Assembly: GCA_016866995.1 (NCBI GenBank)
Contig: VGKQ01000001.1
Span: 16,194-80,193, forward strand
Length of the DNA: 64,000 nt
Direction of reading: 5' to 3'
Origin: Candidatus Pacearchaeota archaeon
GTDB taxonomy: Archaea > Nanobdellota > Nanobdellia > Pacearchaeales > GW2011-AR1
Below, piece after piece: positions 36,989 through 46,500 of this stretch (the stretch's first letter is position 1; every line of letters begins with the position of its first letter). Made by a program: the position numbers and the translations under genes. The notes below the pieces were generated by a model. That model had not been told where the DNA came from and made no database searches. It saw only the letters and a list, made by a program, of their open reading frames with translations.

Positions 36989-39900
36989 TTATGCTGCTCT
37001 ATTATATGTCCTCACTTTAATTGAACATCCATAAGGCTCATTTCTCCACGCATCTCTGCACTTGATATAATAATTCTGCTGGCTATTCCATTCAGCAAAA
37101 TGCTCCTGAGTAAATCCTCCCTGCATTAATGTTCCATTTTCAAATATAAACCCGCAGTTCTTGTCTGTTCTCGAGTAGGCACATTCTGAATTTTCATTTG
37201 TGAAAATATACAGGTCTCCTTGTGAATTGTAAACTCGGGTTACATATGGCGCAGAAGTGTCAACACTCAATTTGAAATTTGAGCTTGCAGTTGCATAATT
37301 AAATCCAGCATCAACACATATAACATCAAGATTATATTCGCCTGCCGGCATTGATGTCAGTGTTGCTCTATGCACATTTGAGCCAGTGTTTCTAAATATA
37401 TCATACCAGTTTCCAATTACCCACGAGCATATTGCCTTTCCATTTTCTGCTCCTCCTGAAGTTTCTGCTCTCAAGTTAATAGAAATTGGCTCAGAGCCAA
37501 AAGAAAATGTCCCATTTGGCTCAATTTTAGTTATAGTCAGCTGGGTTTGTGGCACTTTTAATTTATAGACATAACTTTCTACATTTACATTCCTGTTTGA
37601 TTGATTTGCAGTTCCTTCCCATTCTGGATGATCCTTGCATTTAAAATAAAATGTATTCTCGCCTTTTGCCAAATTTGTTAAAGTTGTATTGCACTGCCAT
37701 AATAAACTATTTGAGTTGCATACAAATGAATTTTCCATTGCTGTATAATTCTTATCCTGTTTGCTCCATCTGCAGTCAGCTTTTTCATTTACAAAAATAT
37801 TTATTTCCTTGTCAGTTTGATTGAAAGCAACAAAAGCATTATTTAATGGATTGGTTGATACTATCATCGGCGCTGTTTTGTCAGGCCCCTCTCTTGTGCA
37901 TATATCAATTACATATTCCTGGCTGGATTTTCCAAAAGCATCCTGGCATCTTGTATAAAGCCTCATACTTCCAAGTTTATCAAGTACAAATTGTATTTCT
38001 GCATCTGACTGGTTTAAACCAAGCAGTTCTGCAGCAGCTTCTCTGCTTGGCATTGAAAACCCCATGGAATGATTTTCAAGATATAAATTTGAGTCTCCAA
38101 AATATTCAGCCATGTCTTCGTATTTTGCCTTGCTTGCAACATCAATCTTGCACTGGGAAATTTTATCTGTTTTTATTCCAAACAAGAAAGGAGTAAATAC
38201 AGGAATGCAGCTTCCATCTTTCTCTCTGATTTTAAATCCAGTATTGCTCACATTCATATATGAAAAATTTCCATTTAAAATTTCATACCATGGAGAAATT
38301 ACAGGAGCCTGCCCATTATCTGCAACAGCTGAGCATTTTTCCTGAGATGTTCCCTCGTTAAAAAACCGGCACGCTGTTCCAAGTGACTGGCATCTATATT
38401 TTGAGCACGGCTTTAATGCATCTTGTGAACATTTGTCACAATCACTTCCGCCAACAGGAGGCTGCCACGGCTTGCATGTATATGTTACTTTAACTGTCTT
38501 GCATACTTTTCCAACCCCCATGATTTCGAAAAATGACATGATAATAATTGCCACAATTACTCCAAAAACTATATTGCCTATACTTAATCCTCCAATTCCA
38601 ATTCCTGAAGCAGAAATACCTCCTTCGAGAGCTCCAGTTAAAGCATAAGTTAAGGCTTGGCCAAAACTCCAGCCATATACATTCATTCCATAAATAGTAG
38701 CAGCAGTATATGCTGCAGTCACTCCTGCAGCAGTTCCTGCAAACATTCCTGTTTGGCTTGTCTGAATTCCAAGCATTCTTAAAATAAGAGGAGCAATTGT
38801 CATGATTATTGCTGTAACCACTAATAAATTTGAAAACGCTGTTATAACTGCGCCAGGAGTTACTCCTGAAGTTATCGGCGCTGGAGGAGTTGTTATTCCT
38901 TCTGCAGCTGCAATTTCTCCAACACTTCCAACACTATTGCCAGCACTATCTAACAAAATTGTATCTGCAGCCAAATTTATTGACTCTCCCCCCATTGCCG
39001 TAGGAGCAACACTTATTTCAGGGCTATATGGAACATAAAATAAACTAGGCCCACTTTGTCCAGTAAGTTCAATAATAGCCATTTTTGTTCCTCCTTCACT
39101 AAGATAAGCAAATCCTTGAAATGTTGCAGGCACGCTTGTAGCACCAGATGCAGCCCCTCCTGCCCCTCCACCCCCACTAAAAATTCCTGCAAACATAGAA
39201 CTTTCTCTTGCTCCAACCACCCCCTTAGTCAGGCTGGAAAGAGCAGTTCCTCCATTCATATAATCAATAATCAACCCAGCTCCTGCAATTCCCAACCCAT
39301 ACATTAAATTTGCTTCTTTCTCTTTTTCTCCTCCAGGCATTCCAAGCTCCTGCAATGAAGTTAAGTTTCCTACAAGTTGTTGAATTGTTCCTGATTCTAC
39401 TTTCTGTCCAGCAACAGGAGTTGCATATTTTTTATACTGCTCTAATAAAATTTTGGGAGCTCCAGAAACAGTGTATCCTGCATCTGTAACTTTTCCAAGA
39501 ATATTTACATAAGCACCGCAATCTCCAAGTGAAATGCACAAGTCATTCATCTGCTGTGTGAATCCAATTTTCTCGCAGTTGCAGTTCTGCTCGCACTTGC
39601 ATTTCCCCTTCATATCTTTAATATAAATGACAGTGCATGTCTGAGTAGCCATTCCGCAAATCTGCTCAGCAGCTTTTCCTCCTGCTTCTGTTGACAAGTC
39701 AAATCCTTCTGGATATTTTGGAGCGCAAATGTCAAACTTAAATCCCTTGTCAACATTTACATTTTTTACAAAACAATCAAATCCAGTGCATCCATCTTTA
39801 TTTGCATTTGAGTTTATGCACTTCTGCCACTGATTCACTCGGCAAGAAGCACTTGAAAATTCCCCTAATGCAGTAGAAGTATCACTCTGAACACAAATTT

Positions 39901-41053
39901 CATTCCTGAAATCAGCGCACGGCTCTGATTTCACCTCGCCTTCAATGCAGGAATATTTAAAATGCCGAGAGCCAACAACATCACTTGAAAATTTATTACC
40001 TTCAACAACACCAATGCTTCCGTCATAAACACACCAAGATTCCCCGTTTCTTCTATCCTGCTTTCCGACATTGGCAGGAGCATTTTTACAAGATAAATCA
40101 GAGCAGATATAATTTCCTTTGTCTGGCTTTATTCCTGTCTCTTTATAATCCTTGCACTTGCTACCAAGATAATAATTGCAGTTTCCGCAAGTCTTGCTTC
40201 CTGCGTTTCCGTTTGCAGATTCAAGAAAACACGAATTTTCTTTTGGAATTATTCTCTCCCAGTAGCTCTGGTTGTTTATTTGGGAGACATAATAAATATT
40301 CGCAGGATTCCCGCACGTGTCCTTGAAATAAACTTCATCTCTTCCATCCACGCATGTTGTTTCTTCTGTTTTAGTGCACGAAGAATTCAGCAAACTTGAT
40401 GTGCATAAAATATCCTGGTAGAAATTATTATTTCTTCCTGTTAGTGATGAACACTCCTGTCCTGTCAGAATTTTGCATCCGCCATTATTAAGCATACAAG
40501 CTCCCTTTTTCTGCGCCATGCCAAGTGCCAGGCAGCTGAATTCTGTATTTACTGCTGCCCTGAAATCTGTTCTTAATCCTGATTCTGCAGACAATTTCTC
40601 GCACCTTCTGCTCGTAACAAACATTGTGTTTCCTCCAAGAATACAGCATCCAAGCCTGCATTCAGGAACAGAATTTATATTGCAGTTTTCGCTTTCATCC
40701 CAGCTCCCATGCTGTCTTATACAGGTTGCTTTTGGAGAATTTACAGAACAGGTTCCTTCTTCAGCATCATAACAGCACCCTGTCTGATAGTCAGAAAGTT
40801 CAGAGCATTTTGTAGGCAGGCATGTTTTTGTGCATTCTTGTGCGCAAGTGCTTGAAGGATAATCTTGTCCAAGTCTTCCATATTTGTCTTCAGGACAGCA
40901 TTGTTCATTTTCAGCGCTTGCTTCATCAATGCTTGCAATCATCCATGCAAAAGCAAAAGTTGAAAGAACAAGAATAAATATCTGCAGATAGCTTACTCCT
41001 GCTTTTCCTTTTATCAATTTATTTCTGTTTATTTTTACAATTTCCTTTTTCAT
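36989..41053 (-). CDS. Giant modular Cys-rich surface protein (1354 aa) with central Gly/Ala-rich hydrophobic region
   Basis: Signal peptide, Cys-rich N-module, hydrophobic core about aa 580-850, Cys-rich plus Ig-like C-module. Confidence 0.82.
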   Translation of the reverse strand: MKKEIVKINRNKLIKGKAGVSYLQIFILVLSTFAFAWMIASIDEASAENEQCCPEDKYGRLGQDYPSSTCAQECTKTCLPTKCSELSDYQTGCCYDAEEGTCSVNSPKATCIRQHGSWDESENCNINSVPECRLGCCILGGNTMFVTSRRCEKLSAESGLRTDFRAAVNTEFSCLALGMAQKKGACMLNNGGCKILTGQECSSLTGRNNNFYQDILCTSSLLNSSCTKTEETTCVDGRDEVYFKDTCGNPANIYYVSQINNQSYWERIIPKENSCFLESANGNAGSKTCGNCNYYLGSKCKDYKETGIKPDKGNYICSDLSCKNAPANVGKQDRRNGESWCVYDGSIGVVEGNKFSSDVVGSRHFKYSCIEGEVKSEPCADFRNEICVQSDTSTALGEFSSASCRVNQWQKCINSNANKDGCTGFDCFVKNVNVDKGFKFDICAPKYPEGFDLSTEAGGKAAEQICGMATQTCTVIYIKDMKGKCKCEQNCNCEKIGFTQQMNDLCISLGDCGAYVNILGKVTDAGYTVSGAPKILLEQYKKYATPVAGQKVESGTIQQLVGNLTSLQELGMPGGEKEKEANLMYGLGIAGAGLIIDYMNGGTALSSLTKGVVGARESSMFAGIFSGGGGAGGAASGATSVPATFQGFAYLSEGGTKMAIIELTGQSGPSLFYVPYSPEISVAPTAMGGESINLAADTILLDSAGNSVGSVGEIAAAEGITTPPAPITSGVTPGAVITAFSNLLVVTAIIMTIAPLILRMLGIQTSQTGMFAGTAAGVTAAYTAATIYGMNVYGWSFGQALTYALTGALEGGISASGIGIGGLSIGNIVFGVIVAIIIMSFFEIMGVGKVCKTVKVTYTCKPWQPPVGGSDCDKCSQDALKPCSKYRCQSLGTACRFFNEGTSQEKCSAVADNGQAPVISPWYEILNGNFSYMNVSNTGFKIREKDGSCIPVFTPFLFGIKTDKISQCKIDVASKAKYEDMAEYFGDSNLYLENHSMGFSMPSREAAAELLGLNQSDAEIQFVLDKLGSMRLYTRCQDAFGKSSQEYVIDICTREGPDKTAPMIVSTNPLNNAFVAFNQTDKEINIFVNEKADCRWSKQDKNYTAMENSFVCNSNSLLWQCNTTLTNLAKGENTFYFKCKDHPEWEGTANQSNRNVNVESYVYKLKVPQTQLTITKIEPNGTFSFGSEPISINLRAETSGGAENGKAICSWVIGNWYDIFRNTGSNVHRATLTSMPAGEYNLDVICVDAGFNYATASSNFKLSVDTSAPYVTRVYNSQGDLYIFTNENSECAYSRTDKNCGFIFENGTLMQGGFTQEHFAEWNSQQNYYIKCRDAWRNEPYGCSIKVRTYNRAA
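40292..40351 (+). repeat. 60-bp perfect repeat, copy 2
   Basis: Identical to 35384-35443. Confidence 0.9.
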
Positions 41054-41201
41054 TTTTTATATTTATATAACCTATTCTGCTTCTCTTCTAAAGAGAAGAT
41101 TTATACAAGATAAATCGCGCCTTTCTTCTTTACGAAAAGCACCCTGTTCTTTTCATTTTTTCTCTTTTTTTTCATTGTTCCTTTTTACAAATTTATATTT
41201 A

Positions 41202-41969
41202 TTAAAATCCTGCAGGAATTGCGCAGCTTCTTATTGCAATATTTAGTTTTTTGTTTGTGTATCTGTCATTAATAATATAAATTTTTGATGAATTTTCTCC
41301 AGAGCCGACTGGTTTTTTATCTATGCTGAAGTCTTTATGCATAATCATATAACCAAGATATTCAAAGTTGCAGTATTTTGCCTCTTCATTTGCAATATCC
41401 ATAGCAACAATTCCAAGATTATAAAGAGGAGAGTTGAATGCTGTTTTAAATGAATCAAATCTTCTTGTTTCCTGGTTTTTTTCAGTATTAAAAATCCTGT
41501 TTATTTTTATCTGAACATTGCCTGTTCCAAGAATTGTGCTTACATTCATTCCTTCCATTTTTACATTATGACTTTTGGCTTCTAATTCTGTTTTTAGTTG
41601 ATTAAAGCACAAATCAATTTTTCCTGTAATATAATTTGTAATCTCGTTTTCAAAATGCTCTATAAAAAGAGGAGTCTGCATAATGCACGGTTGATAATTT
41701 GCTTTAATATAGCAGAGATATGCAACTTTTGTATCATTATATAGCTTATAGTTTACAGGATTCAAGTAGCCCCCCTGAGGAAGCATTATATCTATTGCTT
41801 CAGATGCAGCATCTCGCGCGCATTTTTCAATATATGCCTGCGGATTGTCCATGCTCGGCCTCTGCATTTCTGGTTTTGTCTTTGATATTATAATAAAAAA
41901 TATTGCAATTCCCGCCACAATTATTACTGCAATAATTATGAATATTGTGATTTGCGCTTTATTTTTCAT
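41202..41969 (-). CDS. Pilin-like protein (class III signal peptide)
   Basis: MKNKA/QITIFIIIAVIIVAG; ATG overlaps upstream HTH stop (ATGA). Confidence 0.8.
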   Translation of the reverse strand: MKNKAQITIFIIIAVIIVAGIAIFFIIISKTKPEMQRPSMDNPQAYIEKCARDAASEAIDIMLPQGGYLNPVNYKLYNDTKVAYLCYIKANYQPCIMQTPLFIEHFENEITNYITGKIDLCFNQLKTELEAKSHNVKMEGMNVSTILGTGNVQIKINRIFNTEKNQETRRFDSFKTAFNSPLYNLGIVAMDIANEEAKYCNFEYLGYMIMHKDFSIDKKPVGSGENSSKIYIINDRYTNKKLNIAIRSCAIPAGF

Positions 41970-42151
41970 TTTGCCAGCCACAAGTTCACCCCCTCTTTTT
42001 TTATTCTCTCAACCTTTCCTTCAATAACAAGCTCGAGAAATATTTTCTCAGCAGTATTCCAAGAAATTCCAAGCTCTTTTGCAAGCTCAGAAGTAGTCAT
42101 CACCTTTTCTTCCTTTAACAGTTTAATCACCTTTTCTTTATGAATATTCAT
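41966..42151 (-). CDS. Small winged-HTH protein (61 aa)
   Basis: TTSELAKELGISWNTAEKIFLELVIEGKVERIK. Confidence 0.82.
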   Translation of the reverse strand: MNIHKEKVIKLLKEEKVMTTSELAKELGISWNTAEKIFLELVIEGKVERIKKEGVNLWLAK

Positions 42152-42226
42152 AATAATATTAATAATATTAAACCTCTTTTTATTATTATGTTAAATATGT
42201 TGTATATAGTTATGAATATACATATT

Positions 42227-42409
42227 TAAATCTTCCGAAATAGGAAGATTTACGTCTGGAAATCTTAAACTTGTAAAAGTTTAATGAGTTAGAAAATCAA
42301 TTTCTAAACCTCTTCTAGAGGTTTATTTACATCAACTGTTTTGGTTGATGTGTTGTGCTGATAAGCACGACATTTGGAAACCTTTTTTAAAGGTTTATTT
42401 TAAACCTTT
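42227..42409. repeat. Tandem array of about eight short inverted repeats
   Basis: TAAATCTTCC/GGAAGATTTA, TTAAACTT/AAGTTTAA, TTAGAAA/TTTCTAA, TAAACCTCT/AGAGGTTTA, ACATCAAC/GTTGATGT, TGTTGTGCT/AGCACGACA, AAACCTTT/AAAGGTTT, AAAGGTTTA/TAAACCTTT. Confidence 0.8.
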
Positions 42410-42498
42410 CTCATCGAAGAAATCAGAAATAGATTATTAATCTTCTATGAAACCTGGCATTTATTATACTATTAATATACTATTAATTTTGCCTCATG

Positions 42499-43224
42499 TC
42501 AGTCTTCGTTCTCAACTCTAGGAGCGAGAACAAAAACAAGCTCGGCTTTCTCAGCCTTAAATTCAATTTTTAAAGGATAATCATCAGAAAAATTTATCTT
42601 TATCTTGTCAGTAAGCTTTCCTGCCTTTGAGAATTTCTGCAGGTATTCAAGCGAGTATTTTGATTTTGCATTTATCCCATCTATCTTCACCTCATCGCCT
42701 GAAAACTCATTTCTCGCAGAATTTAATCCTTTTGCTTCAATTATAAACTTGCTGTCCTTGACTGCAAAAGAGCACGAATCAGCGACAATAGAACAGTCTT
42801 CAATTGAATCTGAAAAATCCTGAGAAGACATTTCAATCTTGCTTGAAAAATCCAGATTTGGCACTTGCTTGTCCTCTGCTTCTATATCTATTAACGCAAG
42901 AGTAAAAACTCTTTTTATCTTGTCTTGTATTTCTATTTTCAGAGTATTATCTTCTGTCTGCATTATCAAGCTCGAGCCAGCCCCCGCTCTTCTTAATATT
43001 GATTTCAAACTGTCCAAGCCCACCCCCAGTGTCTCATCTGTAACTTCAAAACTTGAGAATGCGTGGTTTGGAAGAATAAATGATACAAGAGCAACATTTG
43101 CGGGGTCTATTGCAACAATCCTCAATCCATCCCTGTCCACTTTTATCTTCACCTCTGTTACAAGTTCAGATATTATTCCAATAACATCTGACAGTATTTT
43201 TGGGCTGTCTAATTTTACTAGCAT
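42499..43224 (-). CDS. pcn: DNA polymerase sliding clamp PCNA
   Basis: AIDPANVALV, SKYSLEYL, DYPLKIEF, LAPRVE. Confidence 0.96.
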   Translation of the reverse strand: MLVKLDSPKILSDVIGIISELVTEVKIKVDRDGLRIVAIDPANVALVSFILPNHAFSSFEVTDETLGVGLDSLKSILRRAGAGSSLIMQTEDNTLKIEIQDKIKRVFTLALIDIEAEDKQVPNLDFSSKIEMSSQDFSDSIEDCSIVADSCSFAVKDSKFIIEAKGLNSARNEFSGDEVKIDGINAKSKYSLEYLQKFSKAGKLTDKIKINFSDDYPLKIEFKAEKAELVFVLAPRVENED

Positions 43225-43351
43225 GCTTATTAAAATCTAGAACCATATTTAAAGATTATTATAATGAATTAACATATAATTATATAAATCTTCTTCTCTT
43301 ATAGAGAAGCAGAAGACATTTATAAAAAATACAAAAAGAGGAAAATTATAT

Positions 43352-44842
43352 TTGGAGGCTAATTTGGAAAAGAAAAAAATTCAGCAACTGGCAGTATTTT
43401 ATTATTCAAGAAAAGATGTTCAACAAGCAATTTTTAAATTCTGCCATAATAGAGAGGCAATTCCAAGATATTATGAAGGATTTGGAAAGCGCCCGGATTC
43501 TTTTGAGTATCCAGGAGATATTATTTCTCAAGTTCAGAAAGGAGCAACAAGCTTTCATTGTTCAGAGGAATTATGGAATAATCCCATGGAAATATCAACA
43601 GAATTAAGCAAAGAACAGTTAAATCAGCTTAGAAAAGGCTGGGATTTGCTTATAGATATAGACTGCAAGTGGTTTGATTACAGCAAAAAAGCAGCCCTTG
43701 CTGTAATTCATGCTTTAAAAAGGCATGGAATTAAAAATATCTCAGTTAAATTTTCAGGAAGCAAGGGTTTTCATATTATTATTCCATGGAAAGCGTTTCC
43801 AGAAGAGATTAATGGAATAAAAACCAGCGAGATGTTCCCAGAATGGGCAAGAATAATCTGCGAGTATCTTAAATTTTCATCCCGCGATTTTCTGGAGAAA
43901 GAAATTCTCGAGTCTGGAGAAGAATACAAAAAGCTAGGAAATGCAGGAATTAAGTGCAACAATTGCGGCAATCTGGCTGAAAAATTCAAGGAAATAAGCT
44001 ATTTCTGCGATAGCTGCAAAATTCAGGAAACTTCAAAAGTCAAAGAAGAAAAGCCAAGAAAATGCTCTCACTGCAGAAAAGAGATGATAAAAAAAGCCGA
44101 GCGCGAGTTTTTTTTCTGCCAGAAATGCAAAATCAACTCGAATGATGACGAGAAAAATTTTTCTCCATCAATAGATATTTTTGGAATTTTGGGACTTGAT
44201 CTTGTTCTGGTATCTCCCCGCCATCTTTTCCGATGCCCATATTCTCTTCATGAAAAAACAGGATTTTCTTCTGTAGTTTTAGATGAGGCAGAAATAAAAA
44301 ATTTCCAGCCAAGCGACGCAGATGTTATGAAAATAAAAATCCGCGAGTTTTATCCAAGAGCAGAAAAGGAAGAGGCAAAAACTCTTTTTTCAAATGCTCT
44401 TGAGTGGCACGGAGAGAATATTAGAAGAAAAGAAAGCACAGAAAAAAAAGAAATTAAAACAACAGGAAAGAAGTTAGAGGAAATTAATGTTGACAAATCA
44501 AATATTGTTTATCCTCCATCAATCAAAAAGATTTTAGAAGGCATGGAAGACGGAAAAAAGAGAGCCTTATTTATCTTGCTGAATTTTTTCAGAAGCTTGA
44601 ATTTCTCCAGAGAAGAAACAGAAAAGAAAATTGAGGAATGGAACAAGAATAACAAGAAACAATTAAAAGAAGGATATATAATCTCTCAGTTAGATTGGAC
44701 ATTCAGGCAGAAAAAAATGCTTCCTCCAAACTATGACAAGCCTTTTTACAAGGATATAGGAATTTTTCCAGATGATGAAGAAATTAGGCTGAAAAATCCT
44801 GTCTCATATGTTGTAAGAAAGTCGAGATGGGTGAAAAAATAA
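43352..44842 (+). CDS. priS: Archaeo-eukaryotic DNA primase, single-gene PriS plus C-terminal helical (PriL/PriX-like) domain, with Zn-ribbon insertion
   Basis: WDLLIDID, KFSGSKGFH, RHLFRCPYSLHEKTG; four CxxC; C-terminal PPSIKKILEG.EDGKKRALF. Confidence 0.88.
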   Translation: MEANLEKKKIQQLAVFYYSRKDVQQAIFKFCHNREAIPRYYEGFGKRPDSFEYPGDIISQVQKGATSFHCSEELWNNPMEISTELSKEQLNQLRKGWDLLIDIDCKWFDYSKKAALAVIHALKRHGIKNISVKFSGSKGFHIIIPWKAFPEEINGIKTSEMFPEWARIICEYLKFSSRDFLEKEILESGEEYKKLGNAGIKCNNCGNLAEKFKEISYFCDSCKIQETSKVKEEKPRKCSHCRKEMIKKAEREFFFCQKCKINSNDDEKNFSPSIDIFGILGLDLVLVSPRHLFRCPYSLHEKTGFSSVVLDEAEIKNFQPSDADVMKIKIREFYPRAEKEEAKTLFSNALEWHGENIRRKESTEKKEIKTTGKKLEEINVDKSNIVYPPSIKKILEGMEDGKKRALFILLNFFRSLNFSREETEKKIEEWNKNNKKQLKEGYIISQLDWTFRQKKMLPPNYDKPFYKDIGIFPDDEEIRLKNPVSYVVRKSRWVKK

Positions 44843-45754
44843 TTAATCATCTCTATAAGGAGTTGCTCCAATATTTGTTAAGATGTCTTTTTTGTGCTGA
44901 GAATAATCTCTCTCTACAACTTTTTTTTGTCTTTTAATTTTTGCCAAATCAACATAATGGGCTGCTTCTAAAATAAGGGCTTGTTCAGCTGCTTCAATCA
45001 ATGTTCTATCTTTAACACCATATCTCTCTATTGCTATTAAAGCCCTCGTTGCAGGAAGTTGTTCTTCTTTAACTTCAAAACCAAATCTTCTCATTAATCC
45101 ATTTAATCCATATTTCCAAAAATCAGTTTTCCTGCTTAATAATTCTCTTGCTAGGGCTTCTCCAAATTCAACCCTTCTTCCAAGTTCATCAAGAAAGCTG
45201 ACATGCATATTATTAAGAATTTTTTCAAGATTTCTGCATGTCCAATGAGCACAACCTTCACATGCATGCCCGATTTCATCAATCCTATTTTGATGAAAAA
45301 GCATTTCTCCAATTCCATGTTGATATTCAAATGGAATCTCATCACTAATCTTGCTAATTTCAGCAATCTTGCTATAAATTTCTCTAAAATCATAAGTCTC
45401 ACATGAATCCTTTTGTGTCATTCTTTCAATCTTCGCTTCCACACTGCCAGCTTTATTCTGCATATCCTCCATGCACCCTTTGACTAAAGGGCTACCCCCT
45501 TCTTGAGCCTTGGATAATCCTTTCCATATTTCTCTAAATTTTGGGGCATGCAAAACAAAAGCTTTGAGAATAATTTTCTTTCCTTTTTCTCTTAACTCTG
45601 CCCCGCCATTTTCATAACATATCCCGTCTTTCTTATTAGGTTCCCAATCCCAATGAAAGTATCTTCCTTTATTTCTTGAATCATAAGTTCCAACTACTTG
45701 TTTTCTAAATCTTTCCATCAAATCTTTAAATTGTCTTAATTGATTATCTTCCAT
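44843..45754 (-). CDS. Hypothetical protein (303 aa)
   Basis: Long ORF, GGAGG upstream, coupled to 45756 gene. Confidence 0.7.
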   Translation of the reverse strand: MEDNQLRQFKDLMERFRKQVVGTYDSRNKGRYFHWDWEPNKKDGICYENGGAELREKGKKIILKAFVLHAPKFREIWKGLSKAQEGGSPLVKGCMEDMQNKAGSVEAKIERMTQKDSCETYDFREIYSKIAEISKISDEIPFEYQHGIGEMLFHQNRIDEIGHACEGCAHWTCRNLEKILNNMHVSFLDELGRRVEFGEALARELLSRKTDFWKYGLNGLMRRFGFEVKEEQLPATRALIAIERYGVKDRTLIEAAEQALILEAAHYVDLAKIKRQKKVVERDYSQHKKDILTNIGATPYRDD

Positions 45755-45755
45755 T

Positions 45756-46376
45756 TTACCTTTTGCCTCCTTCCACTTCTTCTATTAATTCTGATATAGC
45801 TTTTTCAAGCCCCATCAGAATATCTTGTTTTATTATTCTTTGAAATAATGGTGCCTGGCTTACTGAAAATCTTTTTCCGTCAAATTTTGTATTATCTCCA
45901 CATCCACCAAAATAAGTGTAGCATTCTATTTTCCAAGTCTTATCTTTAATAATTTCTCCTGCAACTATTCCAGTAGTTTGATATGGAATTATCTCCCCTA
46001 AATGAGTGTAAGTCATCAAAGCTGCATCTCCATCTTGTCTCGGCCCAATATAAATCCCGGCTTTTCTTGCCCCAAAACACTTATCAAAATCAGTAGCATG
46101 CATTTTGTCATCAATTAAAAGAATATGCCTGTCTTCTCCTGCTTGTGAAAATCTAGGGATTGGAGGATATCTATAACCCTTTTCTTTAGATTCAACAATG
46201 TCTTCTTTTTTAGCATAAGCTCTAAGAAAATCCTGTAACTGCCTGTCAGCATAAAACATTTCAAATGCTTCTTCTGCTCCCCTATATCTTGAAGAACCTT
46301 GCAATCTTTCTTGCATTGCTAAATATACTTCTGGCTTAAACAATCCGGTGCTTCTATTTTGATTCTTTGTTTCCAT
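45756..46376 (-). CDS. Hypothetical protein
   Basis: Likely ATG start METKNQ with GGAG upstream. Confidence 0.65.
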   Translation of the reverse strand: METKNQNRSTGLFKPEVYLAMQERLQGSSRYRGAEEAFEMFYADRQLQDFLRAYAKKEDIVESKEKGYRYPPIPRFSQAGEDRHILLIDDKMHATDFDKCFGARKAGIYIGPRQDGDAALMTYTHLGEIIPYQTTGIVAGEIIKDKTWKIECYTYFGGCGDNTKFDGKRFSVSQAPLFQRIIKQDILMGLEKAISELIEEVEGGKR

Positions 46377-46500
46377 TTTCTTATTCTCCGTCGTGCTTTT
46401 TAGCACGATAGAGTAACAACTACCCCTATTTTATAATTTATCTCCCACCCAGTGAGGTGTAAATAGCAAGATTTTTATAGCCAAAAATCTTGAAGATAAT

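Noticed and set aside
35384-40351. Diversity-generating retroelement TR/VR pair
   Set aside because: Copies are identical with no adenine-specific mismatches, both lie mid-gene, and no reverse transcriptase is in the window
42227-42409. CRISPR array interpretation of the hairpin cluster
   Set aside because: No identical repeats with regular spacers
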